Positions 9,256-18,559 of a stretch of 64,000 bases of DNA are shown here, in pieces (position 1 is the first letter of the stretch; each line of letters starts with the position of its first letter). The notes beneath the pieces are model-generated. The model was not told the origin of the DNA and made no database searches. It was given only the letters and a program-made list of their open reading frames with translations. A program made the translations under genes and the position numbers. Source of the DNA: an uncultured archaeon (lineage in GTDB: Archaea > Micrarchaeota > Micrarchaeia > Micrarchaeales > CABMGC01); assembly GCA_963787445.1 (NCBI GenBank), contig CAWBCT010000005.1, forward strand, positions 544,001 through 608,000. The letters are read 5' to 3'.

Positions 9256-9897
9256 ATGGAAATGGATGAGTATTCAGACGAGCAGGCATGGAACCCCAAG
9301 ACAAAGGTAGGAAAGCTAGTGCAGGGGGGCCAGATACGCAGCATCGAGGAGATCTCGGCCAGCGGGAAGACCATCAAGGAGGTGGGCATAGTCGATGCGC
9401 TCATCCCCAAACTTGAGGACAAGGTGCTTGAGATCGCCTCAGTCCAGAGAATGACGAAGAACAAGAGAAGGCAGAAGTTCAGGGTCACCGTGGTGGTCGG
9501 GGACAGGAACGGCCACGTGGGAATCGGAGTGGGCAAGGACCTGGAAGTCAAGCCCGCCATCGAGACCGCGATCAAGGACGCAAAGAGGAATATCATTTCA
9601 ATAACCTTGGGCTGCGGCTCCTGGGAGTGCAACTGCGGGACAAACCACACCCTGCCGCTCACCAGGTCTGCAAAGTGCGGCAGCGTCGCCGTCACGCTTA
9701 AGCCTGCTCCAAGGGGAGTCGGCATAGTCGCCGCGGAGACGATGAAGTCGGTGCTCGAGCTCGCGGGAGTGAAGGACGTCTGGACCTATTCCAGGGGCAG
9801 GACGAGAAACATCTACAACATCTCCATGGCCACCTACGAGGCGCTGAAGAGCGTCGCCGGGATAAAGAACTCGGAAACCCTCAAAGCCCTCCAGTAA
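9256..9897 (+). CDS. rps5: 30S ribosomal protein uS5
   Basis: W.PKTKVGKLV, VVVGD.NGHVG.G, GCGSWEC.C, PAPRG.GIV, GVKDVWT. Confidence 0.96.
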   Translation: MEMDEYSDEQAWNPKTKVGKLVQGGQIRSIEEISASGKTIKEVGIVDALIPKLEDKVLEIASVQRMTKNKRRQKFRVTVVVGDRNGHVGIGVGKDLEVKPAIETAIKDAKRNIISITLGCGSWECNCGTNHTLPLTRSAKCGSVAVTLKPAPRGVGIVAAETMKSVLELAGVKDVWTYSRGRTRNIYNISMATYEALKSVAGIKNSETLKALQ

Positions 9898-9923
9898 TTC
9901 TGATCTGCGCCGCTGAGGATAAT

Positions 9924-9932
9924 CTTATAAAT
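9924..9932 (+). promoter_or_regulatory. TATA box of tRNA-His
   Basis: cttataaat ending ~26 bp upstream of the mature tRNA 5' end. Confidence 0.65.
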
Positions 9933-9958
9933 CAGCTTCGCGTATTACTCCTTGAAGT

Positions 9959-10029
9959 GCCTCAGTGGTGTAGCGGCAGCATAAGGGGTTGTGGACCCCT
10001 AGGTCCGGGTTCGACCCCCGGCTAAGGCC
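9959..10029 (+). tRNA. tRNA-His (GTG)
   Basis: GCCTCAG/CTAAGGC acceptor stem, anticodon arm AGGGG-TT-GTG-GA-CCCCT, T-arm CCGGG-TTCGACC-CCCGG, C discriminator, CCA not encoded. Confidence 0.93.
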
Positions 10030-10080
10030 TTCTCTCACTCAATCTTAAAAACCTTCCCATTCTATTAGATATGTGATAAA

Positions 10081-10476
10081 ATGGCAAAGAAGACTAAAGA
10101 AGTAGCGCCCAAGCGCCCCTGGCTTTCATTCGCTTTCACCTTCGTTGGTAGCGTCATCTTTCTAGGAGTAGTGTCCATGAGCAGCCTGCTGCTCAACGGC
10201 TCCACGAGCCTATGGCAACCTCTGCTTTATTCTGCGGCGATAATCGGCTCACTTGTGGTCTTTGTAGGAAACATCGTAAACCTGGCCTGCCCGGGCTCCT
10301 TCCCGGGAAGGAAGCTCGCAAAGGTCGGGCTGGTCACCGGCTTCAGCCTTATTGCGCTGACCTTCGCGCTGGCAAACCCGACTGTCTTCTCGCTCTCTGT
10401 CCTGGGCTTCCTCCTGGTGTTCTTTGGAAGCTCGATGGCTTCGCGCTGCGGTTGTGAATGCGGCTGCTGCGAGTAA
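10081..10476 (+). CDS. Small 4-TM membrane protein with Cys-rich C-terminal tail
   Basis: Four hydrophobic segments; ends SRCGCECGCCE; resembles ORF 34416-34787. Confidence 0.8.
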   Translation: MAKKTKEVAPKRPWLSFAFTFVGSVIFLGVVSMSSLLLNGSTSLWQPLLYSAAIIGSLVVFVGNIVNLACPGSFPGRKLAKVGLVTGFSLIALTFALANPTVFSLSVLGFLLVFFGSSMASRCGCECGCCE

Positions 10477-10555
10477 GTTCCGAGTCGCCTGTCTTTTTGA
10501 CCTCTTCCAGCTAGTTTTACCAAAGCCATAAAAATCTAAACTGTAATGCAGTACC

Positions 10556-12232
10556 ATGGCATTGTTCCTCCTTTCCCTAGGCGCCGTTGATGCGCTGGCT
10601 CCAGTGCTGGTCATCATCGTTCTCATAGGCGCCGCAGCGGGGATCACGCGGGGCTTCAGCTTCCTGGACCTGTTCGGGATAAGCACACTGGCCAACATCA
10701 TGGGGCGGAAGACCAAGGCCTCGTTCGCAAAGGGTACGTTCAGCAAGGACATAGTGCAGGCGCCGTTTGGAGGCCCAAGGGGAGGCAAAAAATTTAGCGT
10801 CCCTTTGAATAAAGGCGCGGCCCAGATTGGAGGCGCCCAGGCTCCAAAGGGAGGCAAAAAAGCAACAAAGTTTAGCCCTGTTAAAAACCTTCTTATGCCC
10901 AGCCCGGTGGTGAGCGGCATACCTGGATATCTTTTCACCAAGTCCAAAGCAACCGGCACGAACGTCAAAACAGCCTATAGCAGGACCAAGCAGGCAAGGA
11001 AAGCAGCCGGCAAGCGGGTCTCCACCGCGTACAAGAGCGCCCCGGGCATGTTCGTCAACCGGCGCGGCAGGGCAGCCTTCAGCGAGGCCTACAACAAGGC
11101 AAGCAAGACGACCGCAACCGCAGCGGGCAAGATGGCCTACGATAGGGCAACCCGCATAGCCAAGAGTCCGCACCCTGCAAAGTTGGCCACGCGCTATGCA
11201 AGGCGCGCAATATACAAGAGCGGTTTCAGGCGCCCCGGGTTCACCGAGCGGGTTGTGCGACGCGGTGTCCACCAAACCAAGCAGAAGGTCGCACAGAAGG
11301 CCGGTGAATACCACGCCGGCTACGTAAATTACGCGAAAAGAAACGCAACCCCACCAAAGCTGAAACCCCACCAGCGCGTAACGCTTAACCAGATCCGGCA
11401 AAGGAGCCCGGCCAAATCCTCCGCATCCCCCTCTCCGCCGCCATACCTTGAGCCACCGCCGGCTACCCCGCTAGCGGCTGCGGCGGTAACTGCAGGGGCC
11501 GCCGTAGCTGGGGCTCCAAAGCCAGACTGGAAGAACTACGAAGCCTACTTCCAGGGGTCTGATGGAATTGCCACACCACAAGCTCCGGGAATCAGCACCC
11601 AGGAGATGGTGGGTGCGCTTTGCGCCAGTAAAGAGAACTTTGAGAATCTTTACGCTGGGAAGCAGTTTATACAATTTGGAAGCCCTACCACCGGCGACGC
11701 CGAGGGCGGGTTCAAGGTGCACATCCGTGTAAGCGATAGTGATTACGAAAAATTTGCCATGGAGTACCTGCCCAGCCTCGCCCAGCAGGCAGAGAAGAAC
11801 AAGATAGATTTCAAGATAGTTGGATCCAAAGGCGAGAAGGCCTTCTCTGTGGACAACTGCCTTGAGCAGGCAGAGGCAGGCGGCAGGGAGGTATCCTCAC
11901 AGGTCGGAAAGATGATAACCATATACGTGCCTGAGAACAAGAGCGAGTTGGTTGCTGACATAGTCAACAACGCAGAGAAGGCGGCCCAGAGGATAAAGCC
12001 AAAGTCAACGCTCCAGGAACTGCGCGACAAGGGCGTAAAGGACCCGAACTCCGTGATGAAGGAGGTTCTGTTGGGCCAGAGCAACATTGTTTCGGTAAGA
12101 TGGTCATCTGATTTCTACGGAAGAGACCACGCGCTTGATGTCAAGGAGAGAAAGGCGGATGCGGCAGACGTGATAAACGCAGATCCCAAGCGCAAGCAGA
12201 TGTTTGACTCGATAAAGAACAAGATAAAGTAA
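10556..12232 (+). CDS. Membrane-anchored protein: N-terminal TM, basic low-complexity region, Pro linker, C-terminal phosphothreonine-lyase-like domain
   Basis: Hydrophobic N-terminus, K/R/A-rich middle, SPSPPPYLEPPP linker; C-terminal motifs GFKVHI, IDFKIV and QVGKMITIYVP resemble the LanL/LanKC lyase and OspF/SpvC-type fold. Confidence 0.6.
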   Translation: MALFLLSLGAVDALAPVLVIIVLIGAAAGITRGFSFLDLFGISTLANIMGRKTKASFAKGTFSKDIVQAPFGGPRGGKKFSVPLNKGAAQIGGAQAPKGGKKATKFSPVKNLLMPSPVVSGIPGYLFTKSKATGTNVKTAYSRTKQARKAAGKRVSTAYKSAPGMFVNRRGRAAFSEAYNKASKTTATAAGKMAYDRATRIAKSPHPAKLATRYARRAIYKSGFRRPGFTERVVRRGVHQTKQKVAQKAGEYHAGYVNYAKRNATPPKLKPHQRVTLNQIRQRSPAKSSASPSPPPYLEPPPATPLAAAAVTAGAAVAGAPKPDWKNYEAYFQGSDGIATPQAPGISTQEMVGALCASKENFENLYAGKQFIQFGSPTTGDAEGGFKVHIRVSDSDYEKFAMEYLPSLAQQAEKNKIDFKIVGSKGEKAFSVDNCLEQAEAGGREVSSQVGKMITIYVPENKSELVADIVNNAEKAAQRIKPKSTLQELRDKGVKDPNSVMKEVLLGQSNIVSVRWSSDFYGRDHALDVKERKADAADVINADPKRKQMFDSIKNKIK

Positions 12233-12298
12233 CCGTCGGCTCTGCAACTAGCACGACAGCTTGCATACATTTATATCAATAACGCAGTAAATACTTTC

Positions 12299-13534
12299 AT
12301 GCAAAGAAGCGCAGTAATTAGTGCACTGTTTCTGATGGCTCTTCTTTCCGTAAGCGTGCTGCACGCCCAGTCCTGCCCGCCACCCGCCGCTTCCACCTAC
12401 GCAACCGCATTGTCCAGCTCCACTTCCGGCATCGCGGTCGCAGCCTCGGCCATCGCGCTTATGGTCTCCTTCGCGGTGGTGGGCACGGGGTACATCGTAA
12501 GCAAGCTCTTTCCATCTGCAGGCCTCAGCCGCTGGCTGCAGAACGAGTACAAGGAGATTGCCAAGACGGCGATCCTGATAGTCGTCATATTCTCCGTGAT
12601 AGCCATAGTAAGCAACGTGGCGCTTCTGCTTACCGGCGCGCAGGGAGGGACGAGCTATGTCTCAAACCTGGGCGCGCTTACAACCCAATCCGAGCAGTAT
12701 CTCTGCACCGTAAATGCCAATGTCATCAGCGGACTGACAGCCATGACGGACCTGGAACTGGGCTACGGGCTTCTCAACAGCATAAGCATAACCTACTCTG
12801 GGTTTCCCATCCCTCCAGTGCCGCTTCCCCCTGCATTCTTCTGGGTGCCTGTTTTTAAGTCCGGAGCCTCGTTCACACTTCTAAAGAACGACTTTCTGAA
12901 CGTGCTCACTGCGCCAGGTCAACCGCCCTCACTGATGACGGATATCATAACCCTGATATACTTCCCGGTTGTCAACCTGTACACCGTGCAGATAACTTTG
13001 CTGCCGTTCCTAATATGGATAGGCATAGTAGTGCTAATTCCCATGGGCCTGGTGCTGCGTGCCTTGCCGTTGGTTCGCGGCCTCGGCGGGACCCTGGTGG
13101 CGTTGGGGCTGCTGTTTGCCCTGATCTGGCCGTCTATCCTGGTTCTTTTCAATGCACCAATCACCAATTATTTCTACAATGTGCTCAATTTGCAAATCGT
13201 GACCCCGCATGCGGCCTGCACCTCGTTCGGGAGCTCGATCTTCGCTCCAATCTGCACGGGCCTTAGCTCGTTTTTCACCTCGTTCGGAGGATTCCTTACC
13301 CCGGTCACCAATGCTGCCGGCACCGCCGTCGCTTCCGAAGCCATCTCGCTCTCCACCCTATTCTCGATATACCCGGCGCTCAACTACATCCTCGCCTGGA
13401 CGATCTACCCCATCTTCCTTCTTTTCTTCCTATTAATATTTGACCTGCTGATAGCGTACACGATAACCGACAACATCGCCAGGCTGCTGGGCGGCTCGGT
13501 GCGTCTCTCCATAGGCAAACTCAAGCTGATATGA
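12299..13534 (+). CDS. CedA/VirB6-like multi-pass membrane protein, paralog 1 of 6
   Basis: Signal peptide (VLHA-Q), TM plus LSRWLQNEYKEIAK, GLVLRALPLVRGLGGTLVA...IWP, C-terminal IARLLGG. Confidence 0.65.
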   Translation: MQRSAVISALFLMALLSVSVLHAQSCPPPAASTYATALSSSTSGIAVAASAIALMVSFAVVGTGYIVSKLFPSAGLSRWLQNEYKEIAKTAILIVVIFSVIAIVSNVALLLTGAQGGTSYVSNLGALTTQSEQYLCTVNANVISGLTAMTDLELGYGLLNSISITYSGFPIPPVPLPPAFFWVPVFKSGASFTLLKNDFLNVLTAPGQPPSLMTDIITLIYFPVVNLYTVQITLLPFLIWIGIVVLIPMGLVLRALPLVRGLGGTLVALGLLFALIWPSILVLFNAPITNYFYNVLNLQIVTPHAACTSFGSSIFAPICTGLSSFFTSFGGFLTPVTNAAGTAVASEAISLSTLFSIYPALNYILAWTIYPIFLLFFLLIFDLLIAYTITDNIARLLGGSVRLSIGKLKLI

Positions 13535-14772
13535 TGGATCTAACCCTCCTCTTCCAAACGGTGCAGGCCTGTTCCCCCTCGGCACTGAACGTGAACAACT
13601 GGATAGGCATAAACGTGCTCGTTGTGCTTGCGTTTCTGGGAGTCGCCTCATTCATCTACGCGACCAGCAACCTGATGTCGAACACCTACCGCGAGCGGGT
13701 CCGCAAGATACTGCGCGGCGAGTACACCGAGTGCATGATAAGCATCTTCCTCATAACCTCGCTCATAACGATCAGCTACGCCTCGTGCAACATCGGCGCC
13801 AGCCTCTCCGGCCTCGGTAGCAACTACCAGAACGTCTTCCAGGCGGACAACTACTACATCGGCACGCTCCTGTTCTCAAAAGGCACCGGCATAGTCTCCG
13901 GGCTGATAACCCAGGGGCTCTTCCTCTCCATTGACGGCCTGATCGCAAATCAGGTGCTTTCCTCGTATAACGCCTACATCAACAACCAGCTCCCTAATGA
14001 GGGGACCATAGCAGGCACACCCAATCCGCAGGTGGGACAGCCGGCCTACGCGATTGAGGCCGAATACGATGGCGATATCTACACCGTATACAACTCCTAC
14101 GCCGATGTATACACCACCTATGCTGGGTTCATAGTCCTGGGCTTCGGGGTGCTCTTCGTCCTCTTCTTCATGCTCCCCATAATAAGTTCCACCGCTCTTG
14201 TCCTGCTCGTTCCTGTCGCGATAATAATGCGTTCCCTGGCATTCTCCGGGCCCAAGCTCCGCGAGGCCGCGAACGCGCTTCTGGCCCTCTCCATCGCGCT
14301 TTACTTTGTCTTTCCACTGGCAATCTCCATGAACGGGTACGTAGTGAGCTGGGTGTACTGCACCCAGAGCCCCTACCAGTTGTCTGTGGCGAATGCCCCG
14401 TCCGCGCCGTCGACCTCGTGCAACCCATACCCCCAGTACGTAAGCGCCTACGCAATCAACAGCATACCGATCTCGACGTTCTTCGCGCAAAACGCGATCT
14501 CGGAGTACAACTCCGGCGCGCTCCAGAGCAACTTCCTCGGCGCCGCAAACCTGGGGACCGGAAACATAGTGAATACGGTCACAACCCTTGTACAGGGGCT
14601 TGTCGGACTGCCCTCCCTGATCTCCAATTACACCAACCAGGTTGCCGAGTACCTGTTTGAGTGCGTGGTGCTTGTCGCGCTGGACTTCGCGATAACCATG
14701 GGCTTTGCCCAAAGTCTTTATAAGGGCCTGAACTCCATCTCAGGAGTGCTCGGCGCGGGTTCGTTCTGGTGA
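13531..14772 (+). CDS. CedA/VirB6-like membrane protein, paralog 2
   Basis: VRKILRGEYTE, IIMRSL...LREAANALLALSI..Y.VFP, C-terminal SGVLG; ATGA overlap with the previous gene. Confidence 0.62.
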   Translation: MMDLTLLFQTVQACSPSALNVNNWIGINVLVVLAFLGVASFIYATSNLMSNTYRERVRKILRGEYTECMISIFLITSLITISYASCNIGASLSGLGSNYQNVFQADNYYIGTLLFSKGTGIVSGLITQGLFLSIDGLIANQVLSSYNAYINNQLPNEGTIAGTPNPQVGQPAYAIEAEYDGDIYTVYNSYADVYTTYAGFIVLGFGVLFVLFFMLPIISSTALVLLVPVAIIMRSLAFSGPKLREAANALLALSIALYFVFPLAISMNGYVVSWVYCTQSPYQLSVANAPSAPSTSCNPYPQYVSAYAINSIPISTFFAQNAISEYNSGALQSNFLGAANLGTGNIVNTVTTLVQGLVGLPSLISNYTNQVAEYLFECVVLVALDFAITMGFAQSLYKGLNSISGVLGAGSFW

Positions 14773-14773
14773 T

Positions 14774-16201
14774 ATGACAATGCAAAAGAGCTTCCTCATT
14801 GTGCTGGCTGCGCTCCTCGTGGTGAGCGTCTCGGCCCAGACCTACCCGATCGCAACAAACATCTCCTACTTCACGCAGTGGCTTCCCGTGGTCGTCCTGG
14901 CGGTCATGCTCAGCATAGGGATAGTCGTAGGATACTACCTGCTCGGGATGCTGCTGAACAACAGCCAGATGCGTTCCGGGGCCATCAACGAGTTCAGCAA
15001 TGTGATATTCACAATTGTGATTGTGGTCATAATCCTGGCTATATTCAACTTCATTGGCAACGCCGCCTACGCCACCGCGGTCATCCCCAGGTCTGTTCCC
15101 CAGTCCATCTGCAATACGCTCCAGAACGCGAACCTCAACTTCATAAGCACGAGCACCCAGTACAACTCGCCGGCCGAGCAGATCTGCGCCTCCCTGATAA
15201 ACAACAATGCCGGGGCAGGCCTCACCCCAAACATAGACTACCCTCTCGCATCCACCTACCTGATCATTGCCAACCTCACCAACCAGAGCGTCACCAACCT
15301 GAATGCGGTGTATGTCTTTGGCAGTTACATAAACTTTCTGGGGAGCTTCGTTGCGACGGACAGCATCTGCGTGCCCAATGAGACCTGCCTTTTGGGAACC
15401 TTTGGATCAGAGGCTGTGGGCTTTACGGCGATTGTCAGCTTTTCCCCATTTGCAGGAGAGACAAGCGTCGCCTACACCATGCGCGCGTTCACTACCCAGT
15501 CCACGCTCATCTTCACCTCCTTCATGCTGCAGCTGATCGGCATAATCGTGATGCTTTTCATGTGGCCGTACCTGCTTGCTGCTGGGATCATACTGCGCTC
15601 CACCTTCCTGACGCGCAGGCTGGGCGGCCTCCTCATCGCCATCTGCATAGGCGGCCTGCTGGTTTTCCCGCTGGTCTTCCTTGCCCAGTACGCCGGGCTG
15701 ACAAACGCCAACCTGGTGCCCATAGGCTCAAACACCTTCAACTCCATGAACTCAAACGCGATACCCATCCTGGCCATCAACGGCTTGGACAACAACGGCA
15801 ATCTCGTAGTCTACAACTCCAACTCGATCAACTTCTACGTCTTCCCCCGCGCAGATTACGCCATCCACGCCGCCGGATGCTGGCCCCATGTCGACCTGCT
15901 CACCCAGGAGCTTGCAATCGTCACCACCTACATAGCTCCGGGCTACGGCCTAGCCGTTGGGCTGTCGAATTTGGCCGGCAGCCTTGGGAGCTTTACCACA
16001 ACTGCCCTGCTGCCCACCAGCTGCAACACTGCAGCCTCGATAAACTCGCTTTACGCCCTTGCAAACATCTACGGCATCATGTCCATAATAGGAATATTCT
16101 TCCCCCTGATGGACCTGCTGATCGGGATCTCCGCAATCATCGGGATCTCGGACCTGATCGGAGGCTCCACCTCGCTGATCGGCTTGGAAAGGTTGTTATG
16201 A
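14774..16201 (+). CDS. CedA/VirB6-like membrane protein, paralog 3
   Basis: Signal peptide, MRSGAINEFSN, GIILRSTFLTRRLGGLLIA...VFP, C-terminal ISDLIGG. Confidence 0.65.
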   Translation: MTMQKSFLIVLAALLVVSVSAQTYPIATNISYFTQWLPVVVLAVMLSIGIVVGYYLLGMLLNNSQMRSGAINEFSNVIFTIVIVVIILAIFNFIGNAAYATAVIPRSVPQSICNTLQNANLNFISTSTQYNSPAEQICASLINNNAGAGLTPNIDYPLASTYLIIANLTNQSVTNLNAVYVFGSYINFLGSFVATDSICVPNETCLLGTFGSEAVGFTAIVSFSPFAGETSVAYTMRAFTTQSTLIFTSFMLQLIGIIVMLFMWPYLLAAGIILRSTFLTRRLGGLLIAICIGGLLVFPLVFLAQYAGLTNANLVPIGSNTFNSMNSNAIPILAINGLDNNGNLVVYNSNSINFYVFPRADYAIHAAGCWPHVDLLTQELAIVTTYIAPGYGLAVGLSNLAGSLGSFTTTALLPTSCNTAASINSLYALANIYGIMSIIGIFFPLMDLLIGISAIIGISDLIGGSTSLIGLERLL

Positions 16202-16202
16202 T

Positions 16203-17459
16203 ATGAAAAAACAATTGGTCGCCTTTGTCTTTCTGTTCCTTCTTCTGGGTAGCATCTATGCCCAGAACATCCCAGTTACCACCTCCGCGCCCTCCGGCAC
16301 CACCTCTTCCAGCACATCTCAACCTTATTGCACAGACCTCTTTACAAACTCGAACAGCCTCGTCAGCAATGCCCTGTACAACCCGTCCACCTACGGCAAC
16401 CTAAACATCCCGGGCAGCCTCATGGCGATCTCGTTCCTTATAATCATGGCGGTGCTCCTCACGATCTCCCTGGTATACGGGATAGGGATAGGCTTCGGCA
16501 TAGACTCCTTCGTGAGGTTCGCACGAAGCGAGTACCTCGAATCGTTCTTCAATATCATCATCCTGCTGCTCATAATAGGCGGCATAGTGTTCGCCAACTG
16601 GCTGCCCACCTTCTTTAACGACATCACGTCCGTGAGTCTGCCTGCCGCGGCAGCCCTGCCTACGACAACTGCGGGCAGCACCAACTCCGTATCGGCGGGC
16701 GTGTACACCGCGATATGCAACAACATCATCTCGAACCAGGTAATTCCCTCGCTTGGCGTATTTGTCTTGTCCACAACAATCGAAAATACGTACAAGGCCG
16801 TAGCCAGCCTATCCATCGTGATTATTCCTCCGACATTTCTGCCGTCATTCTCAATCAAACCTTTCTCAGGCCTCTCCGCAAACCTGGCCTTTGTCTCTGA
16901 GCAGGTGGGCGTAATCTTCGTCGTGCTGGGCATTGACGCATCCGTGATCTTCCTGCTGTTCATAATCTACTTCCTGTTTCCAATCTACCTTTATCTCGGA
17001 ATAGTCCTCCGCTCCTTCCCGTGGACTAGGGCGGCGGGCGGCACCTTCATCGCCATCTTCATCGCATTTTACATAGTCTTCCCGGCGATACTGTACCCAT
17101 TCACAACGGCCACCAGAAGCACAAGCACCGGCTCCGGCCTATGCCAAACCGGCGCCAGCAGCGGCACAAACTACTGCCTGACTCCTGTCACCAGCCTCTC
17201 CTCCTTCATCACCACCGCCTTCTCCGTGCTCAATAACCAGGGAGGCGGCACGGTCTCGGGAGGGGCTTCAACACTGATCCAAAGCTTTGGTCTCACCGGC
17301 ACAATCGCCATATACACTGCGGCGATTGCATTCTTTGTCGAGACGCTGGCGGGGATATTCATCGCCTACCTTGTCTCCTACGAACTGCTTGAGATGCTCG
17401 GCGACGTGCTGGGAGCGCCGTCTCTAAATGCCAACAGTCTCATAAGGGGGATAATATGA
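16203..17459 (+). CDS. CedA/VirB6-like membrane protein, paralog 4
   Basis: Signal peptide (IYA-Q), FVRFARSEYLE, GIVLRSFPWTRAAGGTFIA...FYIVFP, C-terminal LGDVLG. Confidence 0.65.
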   Translation: MKKQLVAFVFLFLLLGSIYAQNIPVTTSAPSGTTSSSTSQPYCTDLFTNSNSLVSNALYNPSTYGNLNIPGSLMAISFLIIMAVLLTISLVYGIGIGFGIDSFVRFARSEYLESFFNIIILLLIIGGIVFANWLPTFFNDITSVSLPAAAALPTTTAGSTNSVSAGVYTAICNNIISNQVIPSLGVFVLSTTIENTYKAVASLSIVIIPPTFLPSFSIKPFSGLSANLAFVSEQVGVIFVVLGIDASVIFLLFIIYFLFPIYLYLGIVLRSFPWTRAAGGTFIAIFIAFYIVFPAILYPFTTATRSTSTGSGLCQTGASSGTNYCLTPVTSLSSFITTAFSVLNNQGGGTVSGGASTLIQSFGLTGTIAIYTAAIAFFVETLAGIFIAYLVSYELLEMLGDVLGAPSLNANSLIRGII

Positions 17460-18550
17460 TCTTCTTCGCAAGCATAATACCGGCGCTCGTCTTCCTCCAG
17501 ACCAGCTGCGTGAGCAGCATCAGCAGCTTCCTCACCGCGCCCTACACGAGCTGGTTTCCGATCGCAGCGCTTGCGGTGCTCGCCTTCACCGGCATCGTCC
17601 TGGTAATCTACATGCTCGGCCCGCTTCTCGGAGACAGCGGAAACATAAGGGCCTGGTCGCGCATGAAGTTCTACGAGCTCATCACCTCACTCATCCTGAT
17701 AATCATCTTCGCAGCCATGGCCACCAGCATCTGCACCGTAGACCCCACGAGCGCGCTCGGCAGCGTAGGATTAATCTCCTCATCGTGCTCATCGGGCACG
17801 GGCAACAACATATACTCGATCTCGCTTTGCGACCTCTACACCTTCAACACCTACGTGCTGAACTTCAATGAGCTCCTGTACCTTGTGCAGGTGCGGTTCA
17901 GCACCTCGCTCTCATACACCTACACCTTTAAGTTCAATGTCGGCGGAAACCTCAACCAGAAAAGCAGCGTCAGCTTAGGTCCGATCGGCTTCGGCCCGTC
18001 GGTCGGCCTCGCAGTCGGCGGAGGCGGCGGCCTGGGAGACTTCGGGCTGTACGCGGTGCCCATAATATACACATTCATCCTGCTGAACCAGCTCCAGCTT
18101 CTCCTGCTCGCGGTAGCGCCGCTGATCTTCGCCGTCTTCATGGCGATAGGTCTCATCTCGCGCGCCTTCGGCTTCGCCCGCTCCTTCGGAGGCGCGATGA
18201 TCGCCTTCGGGCTCGGGATAGGCCTGATCTATCCCCTTCTGATAGCCGTGAACTACGGCTTCCTGGATTACGCGCTGGAGCACGTCTCCGCCCTCGGGAC
18301 CGCGGCGCTCGCCCCGATCATAGCCTATCCGGTTGCCACCTACGTGGCGATGGCCGTACAGTACTTCACCGGCGCATCGCTCCTTTCATTCATCCCGGAG
18401 TACCTCTTCGCCTACATCGGCCTGATATTCATCGGCATAGTCTTTATGGATGTTTTTAACCTTGTGATACTTGACACGTTTGTAACGGAGTTCTCCCAGG
18501 CGATTGGGGACCGCATCAGCTTCCTCTCGCTGCTCGAGAACGTGCTATGA
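17456..18550 (+). CDS. CedA/VirB6-like membrane protein, paralog 5
   Basis: IRAWSRMKFYE, GLISRAFGFARSFGGAMIA...IYP, C-terminal FSQAIG; ATGA overlap. Confidence 0.65.
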   Translation: MIFFASIIPALVFLQTSCVSSISSFLTAPYTSWFPIAALAVLAFTGIVLVIYMLGPLLGDSGNIRAWSRMKFYELITSLILIIIFAAMATSICTVDPTSALGSVGLISSSCSSGTGNNIYSISLCDLYTFNTYVLNFNELLYLVQVRFSTSLSYTYTFKFNVGGNLNQKSSVSLGPIGFGPSVGLAVGGGGGLGDFGLYAVPIIYTFILLNQLQLLLLAVAPLIFAVFMAIGLISRAFGFARSFGGAMIAFGLGIGLIYPLLIAVNYGFLDYALEHVSALGTAALAPIIAYPVATYVAMAVQYFTGASLLSFIPEYLFAYIGLIFIGIVFMDVFNLVILDTFVTEFSQAIGDRISFLSLLENVL

Positions 18551-18559
18551 GTTGAACCT

